From: Convolutriloba macropyga | Lineage: Eukaryota | DNA length: 62,494 bases | Direction of reading: 5' to 3' | NCBI RefSeq assembly: GCF_964194025.1 | Contig: NC_134474.1 | Location: 72,231,507 to 72,294,000, forward strand | Part shown: positions 14,073 to 27,475 of the stretch, piece by piece | Layout: each line of letters starts with the position of its first letter | How positions within the stretch are numbered: position 1 is the stretch's first letter | The notes under the pieces: generated by a model | What the model saw: only the letters and a program-made list of their open reading frames with translations | Told to the model about the DNA's origin: nothing | The model's database searches: none | Made by a program: the position numbers and the translations under genes

Positions 14073-15080
14073 ATGACAAACGTTACTGCAATGGCTACGG
14101 CCATTACGACTGCTTTTCAAACAGGCATCACAGGAACAAGTTCAGTACAAACAGTTGAGCTCAATCTATTTTCAGGTGGCAAAACAGAAGATTTTCGAAC
14201 GTTCGAGGAACACATCAGAAACCTCAGTGTCACTTGCGCAAGTTCAGAACAACGCTAAATTGAAATACCTCAAACTATATTAGACAGGCGGCGCATTAGT
14301 GTTCAGACAGAGACACATTTGAAAAATCAATCCAAACTCTCAAAAACCGATATCTAAGTGCAAACAGGATAGAACTATTCAAACTGAAATTTCACCAACG
14401 AATACTCAATTTAACAAGAGAAACCCCTGAAAAATATTTAACAGATCTGTCGAAACTGGCAAATTTGGCATTTCGAAACATAACAGGCGCATATCGATTG
14501 CAGGAGAAAACCAGACGGATACGTGATGCTTTCATAGGTGGTTTGCCGTCCCAACTACGGCTTAAAATGTTGAGGAATCAAGATACGAAAACAGTTCAAG
14601 AACTTTGCACATTTGTCTCCAAGAGGTTAGCTTTGAAAAAAATTCTACCAGACGAAGAAGCAACAAGTACAGTTTTTAGCGCACTTTTTAAACGAGATAA
14701 CCAATTCAATGATGGAAGCACTTAATTCGATTGCTGCTACCAATCGCCAATTGAAAACACGCAAAAAGAACTCGGAAATAATATGCAGAGATTCTCGAGG
14801 AGCGTTAATCAAAAAAGGCCACATAGGGGCTTCATGCGTTGAAGGAGAAAACCCATCAACAACAACTATTGCGGACTAAACTCAATTGCTAGCTGACCGC
14901 ACCAGAGTAGAGGAAATTGGACTAATCACGGACAGCCATCACATCGCTTTCAAACTTGCTACCGAGGAAGACTTAAATTATTTTGTCACTGCTGTAAAAA
15001 ATCAGGACACAAAAGAAGTGGCTGCATCACCAAAATGGGACAAACATCCTATTCAACAGACACGATCTTTCAAAAAGTAA
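14073..15080 (+). pseudogene. gag: Gypsy gag relic
   Basis: LFSGGKTEDFRTFEEHIR; RIRDAFIGGLPSQLRLKML (capsid-like, retrotransposon gag); degenerate zinc knuckle near 14980-15030. Split by stops and frameshifts. Confidence 0.7.
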
Positions 15081-15129
15081 AAAACCAGGTTCTCTAACGC
15101 CTATTGTTCCATCTAGCAAAACTAGAAAA

Positions 15130-18100
15130 ATTTCTTTACTAGTGGAGAAACTTTTCTATGTTTCGCGTACTTTTGATACTTTCCACACTAAAGTTTTATT
15201 AGATTTAAGCACTTTTTCGAGCGCATTGCCAATTATACTGAACAAGGGGAGCCAAGCAAGATCTTCAAATCTTCAGAAACTTTTTCTGTCTCCAATCAGT
15301 AAAAAAAACAGATGATAGAGTTTTTAATATTGAAAAGTATGTTCAATTTCAATTGGCCATTAGAGGAATTGTCAATTTACCAGAATTCTGAATTTTAAAA
15401 AAATTGACTTCAAAGTTACTCGGCCTTCCATTCTTTCGCAAAAACAATAAGGTACCACATCCTTTTTAAAGTCTTCTGTTATTACCGAACCTAACTATCT
15501 ACAAGGTCTCATCAAGAAAGTACGATAAAAGAATGTCAAAATCACAATCTTTATATAGAGCCGCTAAAATCACTATACATCCGAATCAATTAGAAATTAT
15601 TGAATGTGAACTGATTAACCCAGACAAAACTTTTTAATATGCTTAAGGATTGATAGAGCCTTCAATTTGAAAGTAAGCAGGCTTTTGCTTAGTGTCTTTT
15701 TTTATTAAATTGGATTGTAAATGCTGAAGTCATATTGGAATCATGAATCTCAATCCAAACAAACTCACAACTACTGCATAAACAGCAGTAACGAAATTTG
15801 AAGTTTTAACGTCAAAATAAGCGTCGTTTATCAAACAAATTCACCCCTTTTTGTAGCCTGATTAAGAATAATAGAAACTATAATAGCTATCCTAAATCAG
15901 CACAACAGTCGTGTCGACAAGCATTTTACGATTGCTCTGATAGCTTTTGGCTTACGACAACTGAAAATTGTCAAGACGTCTCGAAACTTATGGGCGTAGA
16001 ACAAAAAGTTATGAGTCACTCTTGAATTTTAAGGAAGAAGAAATGCTTAATCCAACCATTAATGACGCCAGAGAAAAACATTTTCTTAGAAAATTTAACT
16101 GGTGTAAATCAATATTCAAAACCAAACGAAAACAAAATTGGAAGAACTGATAGTACGCTTTCATAAAATTTTTGCACGACACCGATTTGATTTAGTGAAA
16201 AATACCGACAGTTCAATCAAATTGACACCTTAGCATTACCGTCTGGTATATTGTACAAATGCGATTACTCCGGTATATTTATGCGATGAACTAATTATTG
16301 AACTGGCTTTTTATTCAACATAATGATATTATAACGACGTTATCATTTTCGAAGCATTCGTCACCGATATTTGCATAACAAAAGTCAAGTGGAAAGATCC
16401 GAATTCTGATTGCTCTTAGAATAAATAAACCACATACTTAGAAAAGACTACTCGAATCCTAATTTGCCTTTTCTGACAACGGATGAAGCCAGTGTTCGTT
16501 TAGCAGATATATCTTTTTTTACAAATGTGGATTGCAGCCAAGAGTACTCTTCAATGCAAATGTTGGAGGAATTGAGTATTCACTTACTCGCATTTAATTT
16601 TAGAGGGCGTACATTCTTTCTCAAGCGAGAGGACCAAGGCTTAAGCAGATGGCCTACAGCGTTCAAGGTTTGTGTAAACAACCACCTTCATGCGTGCATT
16701 GCAAGCGATAGATGTTTTGTTTTATTCGATGATTTAAGATCAGGAGCAATCGATAGAGATGCACTTATTGAAAACTTGGAACAAAATTTTGTTAAAATAG
16801 AAAATCTGAGATTCAAATTGTCAATAGAATAAAGCGAATTCGAAATAAATGAATTTAATATTCTTGTTCATACTATTACAAGAGGTGGTATTAAACCTAA
16901 TGAAGTTGAACTAGAATAATTTCTGAAAACAGTAAAGTTGCCTAAATCTGTAAGACAAACAAGAAGAATAACAGGGTTCCTTCATTATTTTCAGAAACTT
17001 ATTCCAATTTGGTTGAAAACCTGCAGCCATTTTTACGGCTACTACGAACAGAAAAAACGTTCAGTTTAAGTCCAAAACATCACAAAAGCCTTGAAAATTT
17101 GAACAATGACCTAGAAAAAGCATGTTTTTTGTCCTTAAAGATGACCATGCCACAGTGCCAATTCGTCATCATGTGTAATGCAAGTTTTTAGGCAGTAGGT
17201 TTACTCATAGAAGAATACTATATTCTCAATAACACCCCTTCAACAAAATCTTACATACCAGTGGCTTTTGGTTCTCTTTTATTCTCTGCAGCACACTTGA
17301 AACATTCAATCTCTGTCAAATAATTTCTTAGTGTACATTATGCCTTTGAAACGTTTCAACATTGCATATGGGGCGTCTCACACAAACCAATCATTGTGAT
17401 AACATAAAAAAATGTAACACGTTTCCTTCAAGCCTCACGGCTAACGGGCTAACGGGCAAACTTTTGAACGCTTTTGACTACGTGTATTTCATTCAATTTT
17501 GTATTAGGCACACATTCCAGGCAAAGCAAATGCAGCTGCGAAATATTAGTCTCCAATACATATAAATTCACCACGATCGAACACCACTACACAATTTACA
17601 AATTGATGTTTTGGTCAAATCAACCAGATAGTTCAATAATGTGGTATATTTTACTGAAGAAATCGCGCCGGAACTTACTCACCACAAAAATACAGAAATG
17701 TTAGTCACAAATGCAGATAACAAAATGAAAGCACAAAATTAAAGAGCTGAGTTTAGTCCATTCTAATCAATTGTGTGCAGTTTCGGAAAAAGACCCGCTT
17801 GATAAATTAGATTTGAGTAAAAGCCTGTTACCACTGAATTTTGAGAAAGAACAACGCAATGATCCAGACAGATTCAAAGTGAAAAACTAGATATGAAATA
17901 GAATTAAGCCAGAAACGAAATACTCAATATATGACTTGAAGCAATACCATAAACAACCTAACCAACTAACACTAGAACATGGTATACTGCATAGAAAGTT
18001 CATTGCTCATACAGGACAAAATTACAATAAACAGTTGGTTGTTCCTAAACATTTAAGAAAAAGGGTTACTGCACTGTATTCACAATAGTAAAATGAAGGG

Positions 18101-18870
18101 ACACTTGGGAGTAAAAAAACAGTAAATTAAACCCACAGAAAGTACTATTTGCTGGGTTTCAATGACTTTCTAGTAGTGTATATTAATAAATGTTTATTTG
18201 CTCCACAGCACAAATACTTAACACCTCCACTAAATCCAGTCAGCTCCAAAAGGAGTTTTCCAGCTGACGTGCCCCAAATAGTCATTATAGGAATATTACA
18301 ACTTATTAGCGCATATTCATAGATTTTGACAGGAATTATTTTTTTTTACAAAATACATGTTTGCTCAACAACTCACTTCAATATCTGCAGAAACGGTAGC
18401 AAATTCTCTTGTACAATCTTTCATGCAACACTCATATATACCACTTTTAAAAATGACTGATCAAGGTTTGCAGTTTGTTTCAAATTTACTCCATTAACTC
18501 GCGACCATTTTAGAAATAAAACTCGAGCATGCTACAGTAAGAAGGCTCAAACAATTGGTATAGCTGTGCGAACTCACCGACCACCGAAGCGCTATTTAAG
18601 AATATTTGAAAATCAATTTCAACACAATTTGCATAAGCACATAGACTTAGCATCATTCCAACATAACGCTAGCTACCATACAACTATTGGTGGTCCACCG
18701 ATGCTACTACTCGTGAAAACTTTTCCAAAAAATGAAGAATACTATGATAGAAAAACAAAAGCCGCGCCACTAAAAATACATGAATTTTCAGTTATATTGA
18801 TTCCAAAACTGTCTAAAGAAAATACTTTGCTCTTAAAGACAGTAAACAATTTACTTCAGACCTTTTAGTG
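15130..18870 (+). pseudogene. pol: Gypsy pol relic (protease-RT-RNase H-integrase)
   Basis: LLGLPFF (~15416, protease). KSSGKIRILI, FTNVDCSQEY, QGLSRWPTAF and LFDDL (RT). FVIMCNASF (RNase H, D>N). LVVPKHLRK...HNSKMKGHLGVKKT (integrase zinc-binding). MTDQGLQFVS (integrase core). Confidence 0.85.
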
Positions 18871-21800
18871 CCTGAAGCTTTACAAGAACCCGAAATATTT
18901 GACAGTAGTTTAGAGGAAATGCTTTACAACCCATGGGATTCAAATAGAATAACAAAATTAGAAACAAAAAAAAAACAAAGTCGAAACCGAATGATCAACC
19001 AACACAAAATACTCCGGAAAAGAGAACGGCTGATTCAAGTTTTCTAGTAGCCAAACGCAATCAAGTACCGACGCGATCAAATTCGATCTTTAAAACTCCG
19101 GAAACAATTAAAAATGATCCAGTACATTCAGGATCAGTTTCAGGAGTCTCAAGTCCAGAACCCATCTGTCCCGTGGTTAAGACCAGAACCAAAAAAGCGG
19201 CCCCCCACATGAATCAAATGAACAGTATCAGTTTTAGCAAAAATAATAGCAGATAAAAAAAGCTGAAAGAGCTGAACACTCAAGTAGTAATGATTCAACA
19301 TCACTTTTAACGGCTCAAAAACCAATTCATTAAGCTGTAACAGTGCAAGCTAAGCAAAAATCTCCGGAATCTTCCACACCGTCTCAAGAAGTGGTCGTGT
19401 CAGGAAGCAGACTCAACACATTCAATCTAGTTAGAGATTTTCTGCCATATAATTAATCTCTTTAAATTGTTTTAACATTTTTTCTTCCGCAAAACAAAGC
19501 AATGATAGAGTTTGTTTATATTCACATATATATTACTTTACTAACTTAAGTATTATACACACTGAAGGGAAACCAACCACTCCAAATGTGCCTCTGGCAA
19601 AACTATAAATTGCACAAATCAAAAGAGAAGAAATGAGAATCTTTATCCCAGTTTATTCATGTTGATAAAAATAATATCATTAGAAAAGCCCAACGAAAAT
19701 CCATTATCCCAAGGTACAATAAAAAATTCAAAAATTGGTCTACATACGATTGTTGTTTAGGTTCTTTTGCCTTTTTTGAACCCATGCTCATTATCAAAGC
19801 TTTTTGCAGCGTAATTTACAATACTTTATGAAAACGTGTTTTTTTATGAAACTTGGTTGTTTGGCCACCGCTGAAATTGAACTCCAGCCCAACATGTTTG
19901 ATATGCATTCAGAACCTTGTTATGATGTAGGAGTTAATGAATGCAGCTCAGTCACTGCTGTACAGTCCCTGTCAACTCTACTGTGCGATCTTTACTGCAG
20001 CCTTTCCAAAGAAATATGAACAAATTCTTTTTATTTTTTTATATTCCCTAACTTATGTTCCTAAATTCTATTTTACCTATATCCCTTTTTTGCTTTCTGG
20101 CCAGGCTAGAAAAAATGCCGCCTACAATTTTCTCTTGGTTCAGCAGGGCGACCTTGGTTACCTGTACTTTTGGAAATAACAATCTTTTGGCCAGAAAAAG
20201 CCTTAGATTGTATATGTTCCGTTGTTCCACTTACACTTCCGGGTTGTTCATCAAAATACAATTCGATTCAGCAGCTCCTTTTATATCATGAAGGCTAACC
20301 ATGCCTTTGAAAGCTTTGGTTTGAAAACGATTGCCATAACGTCTGAGTGTTTTTTGTGCGCGACTAATATCACTTATTTCATTCGCTTCATAACCCAAGA
20401 CAAAAGTACAGGTGAGGAACCGGTTGTGAGGAGCCTAAAACTGCACACATAAAACAGGCTGGCCGAGGTAATGGGAAATATTTGAAATAAAGTAGTACAT
20501 GAAAAGTTTGTGTTTATCCAGGCCATTGTTTAGAAATTGAATAAAATTCCGAGCACTACCTTTCCTGTAAAACACTTTGTTTGCCACGGTTTCAAACTAC
20601 GATTAACTTCTCACCAACAGGATTTTCCAGGTGTCAATCTGTATAATACGGATTAAGTTGAAATGATGCATCAATTTAAGTAACATTACAGGAAAAGAAA
20701 AGGTACATAAATTTAACAAAGAATCTGCAGAAAACGAAGGTTCGTTTAAATCAGAATGAAGACAGGAAAAAGTTTGATAAAATCGTGTTTCGCGACAGTT
20801 GATTAATAGAGTTGAAGTCAGCGAATAATACCTAACAATAATTTTATAAAATTGATTCGAATTACTAATATTTTCAACATCTTATAAAAAGCTATTGTCA
20901 ATTTTGAACAAATTAAAGTTTATTATCGCAACGGGTAATTTCATCCACTTGTTGTTTAAAATAAATAAATATAACCTTGATTGTTGAACTCCGCCGTAAC
21001 ATCAAAAAAATTTAAAGCGCCTGAACATTGATAATTGGCACAGGTTTCAAGTCAATTTAATTTAATTTCGATTCTTTATTGATAAAGACAGCAAAAATCT
21101 TCGTGTTCTTGGGATGTTTTGTCTTAAAAAATTATCTATCATTACATTATGAAAAAGGAGTGTTTCTTTTCTTTACCTTTATATACCTAAAAATTGAGTT
21201 GCACTCCAATTTTTAGTTTCAGAAGTACTTGGCAAAAGTTCCACAAAAGAGCAGCAATTAAACATGGCCAGCAGCATGCACACAAAACACGGACAAATAC
21301 GGAACAACCATCAAAATTGTATTATAGAAGATTCCACCTCCTCTGCAACGCAGGATATTCCACTTCATCCGAAGTGAAGACAACCACTCCAGACTGCAAG
21401 AACATTGTTGCATCTTTGCAAAACACAACTTTTGTTTCAAGTCTACATCTATCTCATTGCAAGCCAGAGCCAACATAGAGAATAACACAAAGAAGCAAAA
21501 AAATGTTTCAACTGGAAATATACCTACCAATTGTGATGCGTTAAAATTATTTAATATTTTATCTTTCGACGGAAGACACTGAAGACCAACATTTCTCTTC
21601 AGTAACAAGAGCATTGTTAAAATTAAGAAATTAAATAAAAAATTACATATTGCTAGGTGAGGTCGAATCTGAATCACGCCCATTTTTAAAAAATTGCAAT
21701 AACAAATAGAAAAATCCAACTTTGAAATATTTACGACGAAACAGCAAAATAATACGCTACACTTCAACAAGACGGCTTATGGCATGAGGAATGCAACAAA

Positions 21801-23539
21801 TCAATCCTAGAATTAATTTGAAAACAAAACTATTCCTGCTGGAAATTTTTTGAAGATTCTAGTTATCCAAAAATGTTCCTAGCAGAGCCCGCATGGGTTT
21901 TCTTGGGAGTCTCAATATTAAAATTATTATTCTTAATTACAATGGCTGGATGAAAACTCAGTTGGTACAAATTTTTCTTAGCTTGGCCACCTAAGGATAA
22001 ATATCAAATTCTACCACAATCTGTCATTTTCCCACAGAATGGTTTTGCTAACATATCTCAGTCTTTTAGTTACAGTAATTGTTTCATCGAGTTGTTGCGA
22101 AAAATAAAACAACGGCATAGAATTTTTTATCAACAAAATTTTGGTTGCTGAAAATTTTATCAATGTTCAAAATAAAGTTCCGTTGCAAAATTTAATGAAA
22201 TAAATGGCGAGCAAATCAAACATCTGACAACTACGTTATCAACAGCTAGGAGCAAACACAAGTTTGTTTGCGATATGTCAAATACGTGAACAAATGAATC
22301 GTCGCTTAGCTTTGAATGATTTCAACACATTGACAAACAACTACAATCAGCCAGAATCGACATAAGAGAGCTACAATGAGAACTTATTGAAACAATGGGA
22401 TCAACAACACCAGTGAGTAAATAATCATCTTATAGAAACAAAAGAGGCTGGCTTAATGTCGTTTGGAGCATTAACTGCTTTATCAACAGGGGCAGGCGTT
22501 GCATGTTCGTTGGGGTCAATACTAGGAAGTTGAGGAGGATCAAGTCACTTTCAAGAGGACATTGACATTGACTATGCTTTGCAAGAAATGGAAGAGAATA
22601 AATATCGTTGGACCGAAGTCAACTCGAAATGATACAAAAAATTTTTCATAATTGCATCGCAAATGAACTATGAACAAAAAACGCAACCAATTCTGACTGA
22701 AACGCACAGAAAATCACACCATAAATTTAAACAACTCTACTAAACTGCTAATTGGAAATACGAAAAATTTAACGGCTTGTGATACCAATTTCTATGACAA
22801 GATGAGCTGCTACAAGTGAAAAAAAATGGCAACATCATTGCTCTTAATTAACAATGAAAAAAAAGTACAGCGTGAATTTTTACACCTAAAAATATTTTAC
22901 TGAATTCTGTCTTGTGGAGGGTAAATAAATTTATCTCGATGTCTCTTCTGCCGCGATCAATGCTATTTAAAATTCTTCAAAAAGTAGCCTTAACTCAAGT
23001 TCACCAAACAGATAGATTGAAACTTGCTATACCAACAAAACAAATTCTTACACATTACGAGACAAAATTTTTGACAAATGTAGCTGTAGTCAATTAGGGA
23101 ATGATTTTCACCTTAGCAGTGCCCTTTGCATCTCAATCGACAGCTCTCAACTTATATAGAGCAACTTCAGTACCAAAGCCAAATGGTTACGCCTCTCAAT
23201 ATGAATTGAAATCAAATTATATTGCAATAGCTGAATCTACAAACCGCTTTGCATTACTCTCACAGCCACAAATTGACAATTGTTCTGTCTTCAATAGCTT
23301 TTCTGTATGCATAACTGGATTCTCATGCGAAACCGCAGAAAATACGTGTTTTGGTTAGCTTCTAATTCCCAGGACTGTTTTGAGATATAGTCAAGTTTTG
23401 AATAAGAAGGATCTGCATATGAAATGTGTTCACATAAATGGGCAGTCTAATCAGAACCTTGACACATTTGGCAGACTCAGTCCACCGAACTGTTAGATAA
23501 AGCGTTTTTATTCAGATGCAGTACTCGAGTTCGCCCCTC

Positions 23540-25960
23540 AATTTTTTTTTGAACTTTCTGAAATTGTGTCTAATTATCACATCTCAATTTTCCAGGAAGT
23601 CCTAAATCAGAAAACACAAAACCAGCTAGATGTGTTACTAACCAATAACCCAAACATTGTCACCACGAAGACCAGGAACAATGAATTCAATAAGAGTTTT
23701 AAATCTGACCACGACGCTTTTATAACTACCCTACAAATTGAGAAAACGAGAACGATTGACACGTAACATAAAAAATACGCATTTAGCAAAGATGACTGGA
23801 AAGACCTGAACTCATGCATAGAGAAAAACCCATTTAATCCCTACTGCTACAGCAGCGTAGATCAATTAGTAATTCAATGGTACAAATGGCTAGACAAAGT
23901 TCTTAGCGAAAATGTCCCAAAAACAACAACCCACAGATCAAACTTAGCTCCTTGGGTAAGCAAAGATTCGTCCCACCTTATTAAAATAATATCAACCTTA
24001 AAACGAAAAACATCAAAGAAATCCACCTTGGCGAGATTAATAAAACTGAAGAAAAAGGAAAAACGATTAAGAAATTCCTTGAATGAGGACCAAGCAGAAT
24101 TCGAAAGTAAAGTCTTTCAAGGTAGACGTTTTTCGGATCTTCAAAAATATCTCAAGTCAAGTCATAAAAGTAGTAGATACCCGGAAACAATAAAGTACAA
24201 GGATGCACAAACTAATGAAGATAAGAAAAAATGTGCGTTTTTCAGTGAACTCTTTTCTAAGTTTTCCTTAAAACCAATCAAATCAAGAAAACCTCCTTCG
24301 ATAAACATCAGCACAATAAAATTGAAATGGAAGAGAGTAAGATCAAAGAAATCCTGTCAAAACTTCAACCAAACAAAGCCTGCGGCCCAAACAGGATAGG
24401 AAATACGGTACTATAAAATCTGCCAGCCTTGTCTAAATCCCTTTTTCTGATTTTCAAAACTGCCTTGAACAAAGGCTTTTTCCCATCCTACTGGAAAATC
24501 AGTGAAGTTGTACCAATATTTAAGGATGAGAATCGGGCACTGATTGAACAATACCGCCCTATTAGTCTCTTATGTAGCGTCTCAAAAGTATTAGAAAAAC
24601 TAATTTTCGACGAACTATATGAAATTGTCAAGACAAAGCTAGAAGAATCACAACACGGATTTAGAAGGCATTGATAAGTAGTAACACAGATGTTGCTTTT
24701 CCTAGACCTGTTGTATAATGAATTCGACGAAAAAGACAACGAAATTTTTGTACTTTACCTTGACTTCAAAAAAGCGTTCGATACAGTTCCTCACGATCTT
24801 CTGATTAACAAAGTGGAGAACCTGGGTGTAGGGGGAAATTTCTTAAAGATTGTAGCCAGTTACCTATCAAATAGAAAACAATACGTGAAAGTAAATGACT
24901 CGGAATCTGAAACTGTACCAGTAACCAGTGGTGTCCCCCAAGGATCTCTCCTAGGCCCCCTACTTTTCATAATATATATAAACGATCTTCCACAACAAAC
25001 ATCAAAATGCTCTGCGTTTGGATACGCAGATGATTTCAAGCTTGTATCAACAAATCCAGCAAATATACAAAGTGACCTGGAAAAAATCGAAAAATGGTGC
25101 CATAACAACAAAATGCAACTCAATGAAAGCAAATGTCACATCCTGCCGATTAAAGTAAACGAAAAAAACTGGCACTCCTTTATACTAAACTCTAAACCTC
25201 TCTCAAATAAAAGCGAGCAAAAAGATCTAGGTATAATTATGGCTACTAAGTTATCATGGAAAGCGAATATAAAGAAACGTTGTAGCAAAGCCTGGAAAGC
25301 GTTTTGTTTCCTAAAACGAAACATATCAAACCTTGCATCGCAAACAACAAAACTCAATGCATATGTCGGCTACGTTATACCAGTCATAAGTTATGCCTCA
25401 CAAGCATGGTTCGCGAATAAGACCGAAAGCAAAGACATCGAGCGCATTCAAAGAAAAGCAACGTCGTGGATAGTCAGTAACTGGGAAATTAGTTACAAGC
25501 AAAGACTGACCACACTGAAGTTGCTGCGTTTGTCATATTACTTTGAATTGCTTGATCTGTTAATGCTCATCTCACTGCTTAAAGGATCTTACAATACAAA
25601 AATACCCATTAAAACAAACAATAATGAAGGGTTGTTAAGCACACGTCAAAACGAGCTAATACCAATTAATAAAACAAGAACAAGGAAGGCTGATGGAAAC
25701 TTCTGGAAAAGAACCAGTTATTTACTTAATATAATACGAAAAGTAGGGAACGTCGATCTCGATCAAATTGATAAGAAATACTTAACAAAAATATACTGGA
25801 ACTACTTCTTCAAAAGTTATTCGGAAGTCAACTTATGTTCCTGGGCTTTCAACTGCAGCTGTGGACATTGTAACCCGGTGCAGAAGCTCAGCTCAGTCGT
25901 TATATGAAGGGTGCAAACCCATGTGGAAAGACCCACAGAAGCCTAAACTCTCTCTCTCTG
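23540..25960 (+). mobile_element. 5'-truncated CR1/L2-group LINE (APE endonuclease C-terminus plus RT) with a (TC)n tail
   Basis: QLDVLLTNNP...KSDH (APE). PSYWKISEVVPIFK, YRPISLLCSVSKVLEK, QHGFR, YLDFKKAFDTVPH, SGVPQGSLLGPLLF and YADD (RT). C-terminal CSW...CSCGHC; CTCTCTCTCTCT at ~25948-25959. Only a few stops and frameshifts. Confidence 0.9.
24690..25907 (+). CDS. LINE reverse transcriptase ORF2 fragment (405 aa, interrupted upstream)
   Basis: Open frame with the non-LTR RT motifs DFKKAFD, GVPQGS and YADD. Confidence 0.85.
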   Translation: MLLFLDLLYNEFDEKDNEIFVLYLDFKKAFDTVPHDLLINKVENLGVGGNFLKIVASYLSNRKQYVKVNDSESETVPVTSGVPQGSLLGPLLFIIYINDLPQQTSKCSAFGYADDFKLVSTNPANIQSDLEKIEKWCHNNKMQLNESKCHILPIKVNEKNWHSFILNSKPLSNKSEQKDLGIIMATKLSWKANIKKRCSKAWKAFCFLKRNISNLASQTTKLNAYVGYVIPVISYASQAWFANKTESKDIERIQRKATSWIVSNWEISYKQRLTTLKLLRLSYYFELLDLLMLISLLKGSYNTKIPIKTNNNEGLLSTRQNELIPINKTRTRKADGNFWKRTSYLLNIIRKVGNVDLDQIDKKYLTKIYWNYFFKSYSEVNLCSWAFNCSCGHCNPVQKLSSVVI

Positions 25961-27299
25961 TCTTGAAATCGGGCTGTTTAGTCAGATAATACGTGCTGAT
26001 ATTATTGCTTAAATGCCCACATGGTAAAGATATTTGGCACCATAATGAGCTAAATGTGAATTTAGTCGAATGTGAACCGGAGGTTTGAATGCAAATAGTT
26101 AACAGATACCAACAAACATTTCTGAGGATCTGCTTTTACCGTATGCATTATATCATCATTGTCATATACTAGAAACATTTACATTCCCTTAGAGCTGTGG
26201 TCATTGTTGAAGCTTTCCCCACATAACAAACACGACCGGAAAAAGTATTCATCAGTTCAAATTGGTTGCTTATTCTCAACTTCTTTGGACCGTGCCGTAA
26301 CTCGGAGCTCACAATTGCCTTAGATATTCAACTTTAAAATAACTAAAATCTTTCCACCACTCTGAAGCTCACTTTTATGCATTGGGGAATGCAGAGCGCC
26401 GAGGTGGTCTCCTTTCATAAAAAATTTGGGATCAGCAATAGTGTAGGCAGTGAAACTCAATATTAATATTAAGGTATATACCTGTTTTGTGACCTGCATA
26501 TTTTACACCTGTTTATATGTGACTACTGTCAATATTTATACTTGTATATAGCAGTTGATTTGCTGCCCCCAAGTTGATCGACTACCCTCTTAGGGGAGGG
26601 GCTTTCTTTCAATCGGATAGTTTTGGATTAAACGAAGAAAATTTGTTGAAATTTTTTATTGAATAACAAATTGTTCGCGACCCGTATAAAATTTTTCTGG
26701 CTATATCAGTATTCTTAGATTTATATTTTACCTTTTAGTACACGTGATGCAACTGAACCGGTATGGTGACAAAACATTTATAAACAGAACTGTCTTGGCC
26801 ATTCAACGCTCGAGCTGGTTTCATACGCAATCAAGGGGTGCTAAAATAGAACATAAATAATGTTGTAATGTTAATGCAATTATGGCGACAGTTCGCTCAA
26901 TTTATTGGTAACTTTCTAGATTCATGGGATGGAGTTAGTTGCAGTCCAATTGTTTGTTGATAGTTGAAACAAACAAGAATACAAACAATCATTTGAATGT
27001 TATAATATTGACAGATTCACTTGACAATGGCAGCTGCTGTGCATAGAAGGCAAGCGAGAAATGAAAGTGAGTAATTGTTTTTTCATTACTAATTAAAGCA
27101 GAATTGAATGCTCCTGGATTAGATGATGTATAGATACAATATAAAGTATTATAAAATGAAGGGCTTATAACCTCAACTTTTATGTAACTGCAATATGACA
27201 TCAAATATTTTCCATGAAAAACTGCTTGGGTAACGTTTTTCGCCCTTCAAAAAACTATCAAGAGATTCTTACAAGCCAATGTATGAAAAGCAAATTTCC

Positions 27300-27475
27300 A
27301 AGCTCTCTTCTCACAAATTTCCAAGCCAATTTCTCTCTCTCCTCTCTCTTTAAGTTAACCTCTAATGACATCATCTGATGAAAAGGCCAGACTGGATATA
27401 AAAGCTTGTGGGAGAACAGATTTGGAATGACATTCTTCGAGTCCAAAGTTTTCAATCTCCAAAGTTTTCAATGGA
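27300..27475 (+). pseudogene. CRE-clade-like non-LTR retrotransposon, restriction-like endonuclease region, left part (split by the Polinton)
   Basis: TSSDEKARLDIKACG / WENRFGMTFFESKVFN matches the AR.D+.A.G.W.....FFDV+V pattern. Confidence 0.65.

Larger units (their letters stand above)
21940..26450 (+). pseudogene. env: env relic (class I fusion / baculovirus F-like envelope glycoprotein) interrupted by a LINE insertion
   Basis: Furin site RNKR|GW at 22434-22451, followed by a hydrophobic Gly/Ala-rich segment (FGALTALSTGAGVACSLGSILGS). Then IFTLAVPFAS...LNLYRATSVPKP...YIAIAE...FALLSQPQIDNC...C...C (23101-23358). Probable continuation after the LINE at ~25960-26450 is weak. Confidence 0.7.
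14073..26601 (+). mobile_element. Decayed env-bearing Ty3/Gypsy (errantivirus-like) LTR retrotransposon, order gag-pol-(spacer)-env; LTRs not identified
   Basis: Ordered gag, protease, RT, RNase H, integrase and env motifs (see sub-features). Purine tract AGGGGAGGGG at 26592-26601 is a candidate PPT. Confidence 0.85.

Noticed and set aside
21258-21770. 170-aa hydrophobic minus-strand ORF as a membrane protein
   Set aside because: Non-ATG start, and the hydrophobicity follows from being antisense to A-rich retroelement DNA; no family motif.
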